Below, piece by piece: positions 50,105 to 59,337 of a DNA stretch of 64,000 bases (its first letter is position 1; each line of letters begins with the position of its first letter). Origin of the DNA: an uncultured Shewanella sp. (GTDB taxonomy: Bacteria > Pseudomonadota > Gammaproteobacteria > Enterobacterales > Shewanellaceae); the NCBI GenBank assembly GCA_947503555.1, contig CANNEE010000005.1, positions 171,951 to 235,950 on the forward strand, given 5' to 3'. A model generated the notes under the pieces. The model searched no databases. It saw only the letters and a program-made list of their open reading frames with translations, and was not told where the DNA came from. Made by a program: the position numbers and the translations under genes.

Positions 50105-51469
50105 TTATGTTTTATCTAAACAAAGGCTAAATTTTGCTCCTCCTAAGGTACTGTCTTCTACCTCAAGCTTTCCCTGTAGACGTTTACTCGCGGCTTGAGC
50201 TATGGCTAACCCTAGCCCTAATCCTCCAGTGGCCTTAGTGCGGCTCTTATCTAACCGAGAGAAGGGCAGGAAAATTTTGTCAAAGTCCTGGGCCTTGATG
50301 CCATCACCATCATCTTCAATATTGATCTGATAATGGGCTTCATTTTGCAAGATAGAGATGTTGACTTCTTGATGGCAATAGCGAAAAGCATTGGATATTA
50401 AATTGTCGATGACCAGTCGCAAATAGCTTTGTTCGCCACTAAACCAAGAGTTAGCTGGAATATTACACTGAACTGTCACATGTTCTGGTTTAGATAAGGC
50501 CTGAATACGCTCATTAATAAAGTGAGCCAGTTCGATACTTTCGCTATGTTCTGACGCCGCAATTCTATTGTTAGGATCATCTTGGCTTTGATTCAATTTA
50601 GCGAGCACCAACAGCTGTTTAATCAGATCATTAATATCTTCAATATAGGTATCGATATTATTTAATAGTGCGAGATTTTCAGGCGTTTGCTTAGTACTTG
50701 CAAGAATGCCGGCCGCAAGTTGAATACGGCTTAAGGGAGTCCTTAATTCGTGGGGTACTGCTTGGGCAAATATCTGATTCTCGGTGACGGTTTGCTCAAT
50801 ATTTTGTGCCATAGCGTTAAAATGCTGGGCTAGCTCATTAAGGGGCGCAGGTAAGTTGACATCGGCTCTGATATTGAGTTGACCTTGACCAAATTGCTGT
50901 TGGACTTGGTTGAGACCTTTTATCCTGCTTTGCAGCTGTCTAATTGGGTAATAGAGCCCTAAGCCCATGGCGACTAATGAGCTGAATATAACGAGTATGG
51001 GGAGCCAGTCTTCAGGATCTGACTCAGGCTCGGGCAGGATAGAGGCTTCTTCATCATCTTCAGCTAGCTCATTCCTGTCTTGAATAATCAAGGAGCCTGA
51101 ATCTAGCTCCATTAAAAACTGTACCAAAAACTCGCCATCATCTGTTTGGTAGAGTCGATATTGAGGGTGTTGATTAAGCAGCTGGCATTGACGACAGACG
51201 GTGTCATTTTCGCTCAGCCAATAGACATCAAAATGAAAAATATGCTGATGCTGATTAATGTATTCTTGAATAGACAGCTTGCTAAAAAAGGCTTGTTGTT
51301 TGATGGTCGACAAGCTTATCTGACTATCTCTTAGAAAGTCATTTTCTGCATCCTGCTCGGCCCAATATTGGCTGAGGTAAAAGGTGATCCCAGTCGTCAT
51401 GGCCAGTACCAGGATAATACTCAGATACAGACGGCTAAAGAGGGATAAGCTTAGGCTACTCATGGACAA
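50105..51469 (-). CDS. Sensor histidine kinase (HAMP, HisKA, HATPase)
   Basis: Two transmembrane segments; HELRTPL, NLISNAFRY, EDDGDG and GLGLGLAI motifs. Confidence 0.94.
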   Translation of the reverse strand: MSMSSLSLSLFSRLYLSIILVLAMTTGITFYLSQYWAEQDAENDFLRDSQISLSTIKQQAFFSKLSIQEYINQHQHIFHFDVYWLSENDTVCRQCQLLNQHPQYRLYQTDDGEFLVQFLMELDSGSLIIQDRNELAEDDEEASILPEPESDPEDWLPILVIFSSLVAMGLGLYYPIRQLQSRIKGLNQVQQQFGQGQLNIRADVNLPAPLNELAQHFNAMAQNIEQTVTENQIFAQAVPHELRTPLSRIQLAAGILASTKQTPENLALLNNIDTYIEDINDLIKQLLVLAKLNQSQDDPNNRIAASEHSESIELAHFINERIQALSKPEHVTVQCNIPANSWFSGEQSYLRLVIDNLISNAFRYCHQEVNISILQNEAHYQINIEDDGDGIKAQDFDKIFLPFSRLDKSRTKATGGLGLGLAIAQAASKRLQGKLEVEDSTLGGAKFSLCLDKT

Positions 51470-52145
51470 GTTTATATCCCTTGTTTCGTATGGTGAGAAT
51501 GCGTTGATAGGGTGGTTGATCGTCTTTAAGCTTTTTTCTCAATCCCGAAATTCGCATATCGACGGACCTATCGGTCACGTCATAATCTATTCCCCTCAGG
51601 GCTTTACAGCAGGCTTCACGGGATAGGGTGTCACCGGCATTTTCCGCCAGTACCATCAACATCTCATACTCAGCAGAAGTTAAATTAACTGGCTGCTGAT
51701 GGTAGTGGACACTCTGCTGGACTCTATTAATGCTTAAGGGGCCAAGATTGAGTATGTTGTCATTTTGCTTGATGCTGTTGCCTTGGCTACGTCTAAGCAG
51801 AGCCTGTATTCGTGCTAGCAGTATCTGTGGTTTAACTGGCTTACTTAGGTAATCGTCAGCGCCTAGCTTAAGCAGACTGACTTCACTCATCTCATCATCA
51901 CAGGCTGTGATGACAAGTATTGGGCCTGAGTAGATCTCTCTGGCTCGCTGGCAAACTTCAATGCCATCTAATCCGGGCAGCATAAGATCCAGTAAGATGA
52001 TATCTGGTGTCTGTTTTGCTATCGCTGCTAGTCCATCTAAGCCATTATCAATATGGGTAACCCGATAGCCTTCGGCACTGAGAAACATGCTAGTGAGTCT
52101 GGCAATTTCTTGATCGTCTTCAATCAGTAGCAGATGAACTGACAT
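51456..52145 (-). CDS. OmpR-family response regulator
   Basis: LLIEDD, LLDLMLPGLDG, GADDYLSKP and DRSVDMRISGLRKKL…RNKGY motifs. Confidence 0.95.
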   Translation of the reverse strand: MSVHLLLIEDDQEIARLTSMFLSAEGYRVTHIDNGLDGLAAIAKQTPDIILLDLMLPGLDGIEVCQRAREIYSGPILVITACDDEMSEVSLLKLGADDYLSKPVKPQILLARIQALLRRSQGNSIKQNDNILNLGPLSINRVQQSVHYHQQPVNLTSAEYEMLMVLAENAGDTLSREACCKALRGIDYDVTDRSVDMRISGLRKKLKDDQPPYQRILTIRNKGYKLVHE

Positions 52146-52250
52146 AGTGTTTGCCTCGCTAGCCTCGATTAAGTCGGTACATTTAGGTTCTGTATTCGAG
52201 TTCTGATTTTATCGTGAAAAACGACGAAGTACATGTTTTCCCTAGCAGGT

Positions 52251-52297
52251 GCTTACAAACCCTTACATGAGCAATTCGCTGCTTACAAGCTCTTACC
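52251..52297. promoter_or_regulatory. Helically phased CTTAC(A) direct repeats: candidate OmpR-family binding sites
   Basis: CTTAC at 52252, 52262, 52282 and 52292, i.e. two GTAAG-N5-GTAAG pairs on the minus strand, in the divergent promoter region. Confidence 0.6.
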
Positions 52298-52349
52298 CTA
52301 TTTCATTTTGAGTTTGGCACACTGGCTTCAAATCAATCGAAGGAGCCAC

Positions 52350-53618
52350 ATGATGAAACCCTCTTCAGCACTATTAATTGCATTTGCTTCTGCCTCAGCA
52401 CTTATCGTCTGTGGCTGCAACTCAAGTAACAAAACAAGCACGCCAACCACTCCGGTGACCACCACGCCGAGCACGGGGGGCTCGGGGGGCACAACCGATA
52501 ATAGTGGCCTGTCAAAGGCGACCCTTGCTCTAGGTATTACTGCCGTTCCAAGCGAGCTTGCCACTACCTATAGTAAGGCGAAAAAGTTTAATCGCTATAC
52601 CAAGCATGTCGCGCCAAATGGCAAGGCGATTCATATCGTGGCGCAAGATCAAGTCACAGATAATCAGATAGTGCGTGCACGTAATATTCTGCAGCACTAT
52701 CTGACTAACTATCCAGGCTCACTATATGGCGCGAACAAAGATGCCGTCGCGAACAAGATGACTGAAAATGGTGCCATCTTGATTCTTGGTAACGGTGCCG
52801 ATGGTGAAAATAAGGTGGTTGCAGAGTTAAATGGTCAGCCTCTGTATTACTCTGAAATGCAAGTAGAAGGTGGCACCTGGTATATCAATCAAGATTATCA
52901 ACACAGGGACGCTATGTTTGAAGAGATAGTGCATATGGTCCATGACTATGGCATAGGCGTCGACCAAGGTGAGAAATTCATCGGCGCGCTACCAAAATAT
53001 CAAGCAGAGATTCGAGCGGCTCAGGTCAATGCTACCAATGGCAAGCTATGGGGCGGTGACAAGAGTTGGATGGATGAACTGAGCGCCGAAAACAGCCTGT
53101 CCCAAGAATATTTAGCCGCTGTCGTCGATAGCTATTATGGTTTGTGGGGAGCTTATAAAGAGAGTGATAAAGGCATGTGGGGTATGTATGTGGCTAAGAC
53201 TCGCAAAGACTTGCCAAGTAAAGACCCCTTAGGCTATCAGTTGATGGATAATAAATTCTTTCATCCTTATTTGACCTATAACGCCAGAATCGATGAAAGC
53301 TTTAAGGGTAACTTTAGCCTCAAGTTTGATACTAAGCTGCCTTACACTAATGTTTCGCAGTATCTTAAGGATGTCACTTTAACGGGCAGCAATGATTCAG
53401 GTGTGGTCGTCAATGGCTATGATAATGATATTACGGGTAACACAGGTAAAAATTCCGTGGTGCTAACTGGGCCATCTTCTGAATATAAGACTGAGAAGCA
53501 AAGCGATGGCAGCTACTTAGTGCAAGATATGGTGGATAACCGAGATGGTCGCAATATCGTTAGGGATGTGGAAGAACTGGTATTTACCGATTCTAAGTTG
53601 GACTTAACTAGCTTGTAA
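52350..53618 (+). CDS. Lipoprotein of unknown function, possibly metallopeptidase-like
   Basis: AGGAG RBS, lipobox IVCG-C and a Thr/Gly linker. Contains FEEIVHMVH and QEYLA motifs and a Gly/Asn/Asp-rich C-terminal tail (…DGRNIVRDVEELVFTD). Confidence 0.7.
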   Translation: MMKPSSALLIAFASASALIVCGCNSSNKTSTPTTPVTTTPSTGGSGGTTDNSGLSKATLALGITAVPSELATTYSKAKKFNRYTKHVAPNGKAIHIVAQDQVTDNQIVRARNILQHYLTNYPGSLYGANKDAVANKMTENGAILILGNGADGENKVVAELNGQPLYYSEMQVEGGTWYINQDYQHRDAMFEEIVHMVHDYGIGVDQGEKFIGALPKYQAEIRAAQVNATNGKLWGGDKSWMDELSAENSLSQEYLAAVVDSYYGLWGAYKESDKGMWGMYVAKTRKDLPSKDPLGYQLMDNKFFHPYLTYNARIDESFKGNFSLKFDTKLPYTNVSQYLKDVTLTGSNDSGVVVNGYDNDITGNTGKNSVVLTGPSSEYKTEKQSDGSYLVQDMVDNRDGRNIVRDVEELVFTDSKLDLTSL

Positions 53619-53633
53619 ATATTGTTAGCCAAC

Positions 53634-53666
53634 AACCCAGCATTGTGCCTCAATGCTGGGTTTTAT
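53634..53666 (+). terminator. Intrinsic terminator
   Basis: AACCCAGCATTG-TGCCT-CAATGCTGGGTT followed by TT-ATT. Confidence 0.8.
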
Positions 53667-53757
53667 TAGTTTTTATTATCATTTTCATCTTAAACTGTGC
53701 ACTCACACCACGACACTTACCTAAGACCTGACTAAACTAAAACAAAAGTCGCAAGGA

Positions 53758-54882
53758 GTGGTTAACTTGATAGATTCGTTTCAGTGGGATGAGCATTTTG
53801 TCACAGGGTTAGAGGATGTTGATCACCAGCATCACAACCTAGTCGATTTGATTAATAAATTAGGGCACCTATTAGCTGATAATGAGTTAGTGTTCGAAGA
53901 TGTTGAAAGCTTACTTATACAGTTGCTCGATTACGCTGAGCTTCATTTCTGGGAAGAAGAGCTTTTAATGCAGGAGGTGGGAGTCGATCTTCGCCATGTC
54001 ACCTTGCAGAAGAAGCAGCATAAAGAGTTTATCGACGAAATCAAACGGCTTCAAAAAGAGTTAGCCCAAGATAAGCCTGAAAAAGGTCAGTATCTATTGG
54101 ACTTTCTTACCCATTGGCTCGCTTGCCATATTCTTGGCATTGATAAAGCTATGTCTCGACAAGTGGCCGCGATTGAGTCTGGTCTTTCGCCAGCACAGGC
54201 CTATGAGCAAGAGGAGCGTGATGTCGACAGTGCAACCGCGCCGCTACTTAAAGCTCTGCATGCACTGTTTGAGCAGGTCTCCATTCGTAATAAAGAACTT
54301 TCTGAGCTTAATGAGCAGTTAGAGCAGAAAGTCGAGCAGCGCACGCAAGCATTGCTGGATGCCAATTTGCATCTTGAGCAGATGGCGTTAACTGATGTGC
54401 TCACCAATCTGCCCAATCGTCGCCATGCTATGGGTGCGTTAGTTGAGCTATGGCGTGAAGCGGTTGAACATAAACAGCCATTATCGTTAATGATGATAGA
54501 TGCGGATCATTTTAAAGAGGTTAATGACACCTTTGGTCATGATGCCGGTGACGAGGTGTTATGCGAGGTGAGTAAAACCCTCACTTACTCGGTACGCAAT
54601 GACGATATGGTTTGCCGCTTAGGTGGCGATGAGTTTTTGATTATCTGCCCTAATACTCCACTCGATGGTGCCATGCACATTGCCAATATCGTTCGCGAGA
54701 AAGTCGCGCAAATCAACCTTGAGTTTGATAATGCTGGTAGTTGGCAGGGGAGTGTCAGTATCGGTGTTGCCGAAATGCAGCCTAAAATGGCTCACTATGA
54801 AGAGCTGATTAAAGCTGCTGACAGAGGTGTTTATGGCGCAAAAAGCGCTGGGAAAAATTGCGTTTTTAGTATTCAAAACTAG
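53758..54882 (+). CDS. Hemerythrin-domain diguanylate cyclase
   Basis: VDHQH…HFWEEE…WLACHILGID hemerythrin domain, a coiled-coil linker, TDVLTNLPNRR, DADHFKEVND and RNDD…RLGGDEF. Confidence 0.92.
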   Translation: MVNLIDSFQWDEHFVTGLEDVDHQHHNLVDLINKLGHLLADNELVFEDVESLLIQLLDYAELHFWEEELLMQEVGVDLRHVTLQKKQHKEFIDEIKRLQKELAQDKPEKGQYLLDFLTHWLACHILGIDKAMSRQVAAIESGLSPAQAYEQEERDVDSATAPLLKALHALFEQVSIRNKELSELNEQLEQKVEQRTQALLDANLHLEQMALTDVLTNLPNRRHAMGALVELWREAVEHKQPLSLMMIDADHFKEVNDTFGHDAGDEVLCEVSKTLTYSVRNDDMVCRLGGDEFLIICPNTPLDGAMHIANIVREKVAQINLEFDNAGSWQGSVSIGVAEMQPKMAHYEELIKAADRGVYGAKSAGKNCVFSIQN

Positions 54883-55822
54883 GATGGCTTTCTAATCTAA
54901 ACTAAGATATTTAAACTGCGTTTGAATTAAAGTCCTGGGATTTCATCCCACACCTAAGTTAAGGGGAAAAGCACTTATTCTCCTTAACAATCCCCTTGCG
55001 CCTAATGTGCATGCACGCATGTCGCAATGGCACGGATGCTAGATAGTGAACCTAAGTTGTTCTTCCTTGTACTTATTTGATAACCCTTATGCATCTGAAG
55101 GGCCATCCAAGCCCTCAAAAGCTAAGCTGACATCCTGTCAGCTTGACAGGATTATCTTCAGTGCTCCGCGGCAACGTCAACGGGAACCATCGTTCGCCCA
55201 GTGCCATTTCAGAATTAAAGCGTTTTTGATTTTACACTTCGATTAATTAGACGGAAAAACTGAAATTCGTCAATTATATATTTACACATAAGAGGTTGCT
55301 TGCTTTTCATATTTACAGTAATTTTCTTATACTTCAGTTGGTTGAATTTCCGTGGTAAAAGTACCCGTATTTGAACACGGAATTTTCCGGTTCATATGAT
55401 CTTCACTTCGCTTTGTGTTTAGGATTCGTTCCGTGCTCTTGATGTTAACTGTTGTAAAGAAGAAGTTTTAGTTGGCAAATAGTGAATAGAACTCTCAAAA
55501 CTTTAGATGCTAAATTCAGCTGAAATTAATTCAAGAACGGTTGGGGCTCAATTCCCCATTGAAGTTGCCGTAGGGCGTTGAAGAAAATAGCGTAAGCTCA
55601 GCATGGATGCTGAGCTAATTTTCGGGGTATAGGGATATACCATCGGAAATGTTAGTGATTTTCGAATAAGCACAAGGATAAACAACTTCGCTGGGGCGGC
55701 TGGGGAGATGCAAGAGGGGAAAGCTGTTGTTCCCCTTTTGCCCAGTGCTGGGTGGAACCCTGCGATCTTAATCCAAACGAAGTTTGGAAAATAAGTCATT
55801 TAATTCGCTTTAATTCTATAGC

Positions 55823-56422
55823 TTACTCAAAGCTAATCCCAATATTTGATATTCCTGCGGCTACCAGCTCCTTACGTAGGCCTTTGATAAACTCTGGCCC
55901 CATCTTAGGGTTATCTTCAACAATATCCAGTAGCTGAGCCTGCAGTGCTTGCTCTTCCTGCATGACTTCATGGGCAAAGATGTAATCATCTAGCTTATCG
56001 CCTTCAAGTGCCACATCGCTGCTAGCTTCAATATAGTTTGCGACCGTGCTCGAAGAGAGTTTGCTGATATTGATAATATCGTCTTCTACCTTGCTTTGAA
56101 TGGCGCTTAATAGACTGGTGATGGCAACAACCGCATCTAGGGCTGGGTAGACGCCATACATATCAAAGTTTTCTGGCTCAGGAGTGTTGTCTTCTAGTCT
56201 TTGCAGATGAATATCGATATTGAGTTTGAGCTTCTTGTCATAGAGGCTTTGCCATAACAGTTCCAGTGCTGTGTTTAGCACTTTAGCATCGCCAAACTCG
56301 GACACTTCACTGAAAAGCTGGTAGTTGGGCAACATGCGCTGGCAAAGTGCGGTGGCAAATAACTGCTTTTGTGGTTGTGATAATTCTTTTAGGCGTTTAA
56401 AGAAGCCTGGCTTTTTACTCAT
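55823..56422 (-). CDS. YjaG / DUF416 family protein
   Basis: ALCQRMLPNYQLF…LELLW…DMYGVYPALDA pattern; overlaps the barA stop. Confidence 0.85.
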   Translation of the reverse strand: MSKKPGFFKRLKELSQPQKQLFATALCQRMLPNYQLFSEVSEFGDAKVLNTALELLWQSLYDKKLKLNIDIHLQRLEDNTPEPENFDMYGVYPALDAVVAITSLLSAIQSKVEDDIINISKLSSSTVANYIEASSDVALEGDKLDDYIFAHEVMQEEQALQAQLLDIVEDNPKMGPEFIKGLRKELVAAGISNIGISFE

Positions 56423-59222
56423 CTACTACTTCCACTGATAATTGGGCGATAACTTGCGTTGCGGCAGATTCTACCTTAGTTAACTCATCAAGTAACTCTA
56501 GTATTTCAGGTTCGAGATCTTCGACCGAACTGTCTTTCTTCAGTGCAGTCTCGATTTCATTACAAAGCTTTTGTGTGGTGGGGACGCCACAATAACAAGA
56601 GGCGCCATGGAGTTTATGGACTACGTTATACATCTCTTTGGTATCTTGCTGCTCTAGCGCCGATTCGATTTGACCTATGGTTTGGGGCAAAGAGTCAACA
56701 AGCATCTGTAGCATCTCTAGGGCGAGATCCTGCTTATGGTTTGCCTGACTGAGGCAAAGATCCCAGTTTAATGTGTGCTGATCAAAGTGGGTAAATTTAG
56801 GGCGGGTAACCCAGCGGTTAATGACCCCTTTTAGTGCCGCCTCATCTATTGGCTTAGGCAGATAACCATTCATGCCACTGTTGAGAATGGCCTCTTTCTC
56901 TTCTGCTAAGGCGTGGGCTGTCACCGCTATAATAGGGGTGTTGCGATTTAGAGAGTCGTGGCGAATTTGCTCTGTCGCCATAATGCCGTCCACATCTGGC
57001 ATCTGAATATCCATCAAAATCAGATCGAAACGCTTAGTTCTGGCAAGTTCGACAGCTTTCTGGCCATTATCTGCAGTAATCACGCTAGTGACTATCTCAT
57101 TGAGCAGAGTGTCAATAAGCTTGAGATTCGCTGGGTTGTCGTCTACTGCTAGTACAGTTAATGGCTGACGCGCCTCTGGTATCTGCGGCATGCTGGTGCT
57201 TGCTTGATACTGAGGCTCAATCGGTGGGAACAGAATATGCCTTGCCAGCACATGCTCACCCACGGGCGCTGCAATAATGACATCCACATAGGGACGAGCC
57301 ACTTCAGCAAGCCCATGCTGGTCGTGACAATCATTAAGCATGATAATAGTGTCTACTTGCTGACGTAGATTTTGCATTATCCCTGTGAAGTTCATCTCTT
57401 GGGCTAACTGGTGGCAGTTTATCAGCGCATAGTCAAAGTGAGTTTGCCTTTGGTTGACTTGGTACTCGAGTGCTTGAATACTCGGTTGACTGGTGACATC
57501 CATATGCCAGTCCTGCAGTCGGCGACAAAGGACATTGCGACTTAGGGCTCTTGGTTCAAAGACCAATACTCGCTTATTAATGAGCTTATCTAGCTCAAGG
57601 GCATCACCTAATGGAAATTGACTGAGTTTTATTGGCAGTACAAACCAGAAGGTGGAGCCTTGGCCTAAAGATGAATGGAAGCCGATTTGTCCACCCATTT
57701 GCTGAATAAGGCGCTTAGTAATGATGAGTCCTAGTCCTGTGCCGCCAAAGCGACGAGAGATAGAAGAGTCAGCTTGGCCAAAGGCTTGGAATAGCATCTC
57801 TTGTTGATTGTCGCTGATGCCGATACCTGTATCTATCACTTCACAGCGCAGGGTAATCATCTGCTCTTTCACTTCGGCAAGTTCAAGCTTGAGCTGCACT
57901 GTCCCTGCATCGGTAAACTTAATGGCGTTACCCAGCAGATTCGTAATAATCTGGTTAATACGTAGTGCATCACCGGAGAGGTGATCTGGAATATTGCTCG
58001 GTAGGTCGACAACTAACTCCAGCCCCTTGTCTTGGGCGCTACCCGCTAATAGGCTGATGGTGTCGTGAATGGCATCGCGCAGGGAGAAAGGTGCGGTATC
58101 TAACACCATTTTACCTGCTTCCAGCTTTGAAAAGTCGAGAATGTCGTTAATGATGCCTAAAAGATTGGTCGCGCTGCGCTCAATGGTCTTGATATAGTCG
58201 AGCTGACTCGAATGCAATGGCGTTTTGATCAGCTGCTTGGCAAATCCAATCACACCATTGAGTGGTGTGCGCAGTTCGTGGGACATGTTGGCTAAGAATT
58301 CAGATTTGATTCGGCTAGCCTCGAGCGCGCGCTTTTTGGCAAGATCTAACTCGACGTTCTGAATTTCAATCTGTTCTAAGGTTTCCCTTAAGTCGGACGT
58401 TGCCTGATCGATGTTTTGCTGCATCTCATCATGGTATTCAGATAAAGAACCCGCCATGGCGTTAATACCACGTTTGAGCAAGTCTAGCTCACCGATAAGG
58501 TTGCCAGTTAATCGAGTATCGAGTTTACCCTCACGAATTTTAGCCACCACTCTTACCATCTCGGTAATGGGTTGGGTGACGTTTTTCACTAACCTAAAGG
58601 TAAAGAGTAGGTTTAGCTGCACCCCAATCAATACAATAATAAAGGCGGCAACGGCGGCTCTGTGTTGCTCTAACAGGGCTTTTTCTTTATTAATTAGTAA
58701 CGTGATATAGCCCAGTTGCTGTGCCTGTTGCCCCATTAAACTATCGTCAAAACCCGGTGCGCTTGGATTTAATTCTGCCACTTGGGTTATGGGTGACAGC
58801 ACATTATCCGATGAGATAATAGGCGTGCGTAAAATTAGGCTATCGCCAATATGTTCAAATTCGGTGCGAGTCAGACTCGAGACAGGCCCTTTAAGGCGCA
58901 TGATTTCGAAATCTTTATGATAATGGGAAGTGACAAAGAGCTGATTATTTTTGTCAAAAATCGCGATGGATTTAATAAGCGTAGATTTATTGAGCTGAGC
59001 CGCTGCCAATAGGCGCTTGGTGGCCTCACGGTTATTACTGCCAAGTCCTAACTCACTGGCGATGGCCAGAGGCTCTATGATATTGCTACCTTGTTCAATT
59101 AAGGTATCTTCCAGCTCATAGAAGCGATTTATGGTAAAGTAGCTGCCCAGAAGAATACCGACCAGAATCGTTGGGGCTAACGCAAGTACGAGTACCCAAG
59201 ATCTCAGACTATATTTGGTCAT
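56415..59222 (-). CDS. barA: Hybrid sensor kinase BarA
   Basis: MTKYSLRSW start, HAMP domain, EFLANMSHELRTPLNG, NLLGNAIKFT, GGTGLGL, receiver DLILMDIQMP and HPt HKLHGASCY; divergent from rlmD. Confidence 0.95.
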   Translation of the reverse strand: MTKYSLRSWVLVLALAPTILVGILLGSYFTINRFYELEDTLIEQGSNIIEPLAIASELGLGSNNREATKRLLAAAQLNKSTLIKSIAIFDKNNQLFVTSHYHKDFEIMRLKGPVSSLTRTEFEHIGDSLILRTPIISSDNVLSPITQVAELNPSAPGFDDSLMGQQAQQLGYITLLINKEKALLEQHRAAVAAFIIVLIGVQLNLLFTFRLVKNVTQPITEMVRVVAKIREGKLDTRLTGNLIGELDLLKRGINAMAGSLSEYHDEMQQNIDQATSDLRETLEQIEIQNVELDLAKKRALEASRIKSEFLANMSHELRTPLNGVIGFAKQLIKTPLHSSQLDYIKTIERSATNLLGIINDILDFSKLEAGKMVLDTAPFSLRDAIHDTISLLAGSAQDKGLELVVDLPSNIPDHLSGDALRINQIITNLLGNAIKFTDAGTVQLKLELAEVKEQMITLRCEVIDTGIGISDNQQEMLFQAFGQADSSISRRFGGTGLGLIITKRLIQQMGGQIGFHSSLGQGSTFWFVLPIKLSQFPLGDALELDKLINKRVLVFEPRALSRNVLCRRLQDWHMDVTSQPSIQALEYQVNQRQTHFDYALINCHQLAQEMNFTGIMQNLRQQVDTIIMLNDCHDQHGLAEVARPYVDVIIAAPVGEHVLARHILFPPIEPQYQASTSMPQIPEARQPLTVLAVDDNPANLKLIDTLLNEIVTSVITADNGQKAVELARTKRFDLILMDIQMPDVDGIMATEQIRHDSLNRNTPIIAVTAHALAEEKEAILNSGMNGYLPKPIDEAALKGVINRWVTRPKFTHFDQHTLNWDLCLSQANHKQDLALEMLQMLVDSLPQTIGQIESALEQQDTKEMYNVVHKLHGASCYCGVPTTQKLCNEIETALKKDSSVEDLEPEILELLDELTKVESAATQVIAQLSVEVVDE

Positions 59223-59337
59223 GTTATTGACACTACTCATTAGGTGTCGGTATTCCCTTAAAATAATTAACTGTCATAGCTTAGACTGCCAGAAATAGGG
59301 GCGTCTTTGCCAGTATTTTATTGATTTCGAGACCCGA

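Noticed and set aside
55046-55799. Short ORFs at 55046-55246 (+) and 55548-55799 (-)
   Set aside because: No RBS or protein motifs; they run through hairpin-rich non-coding sequence.
54883-55822. Calling a canonical CsrB gene beside barA
   Set aside because: There are only about six GGA motifs, split over both strands, and no single clear promoter-terminator unit. Kept only as a lower-confidence finding.
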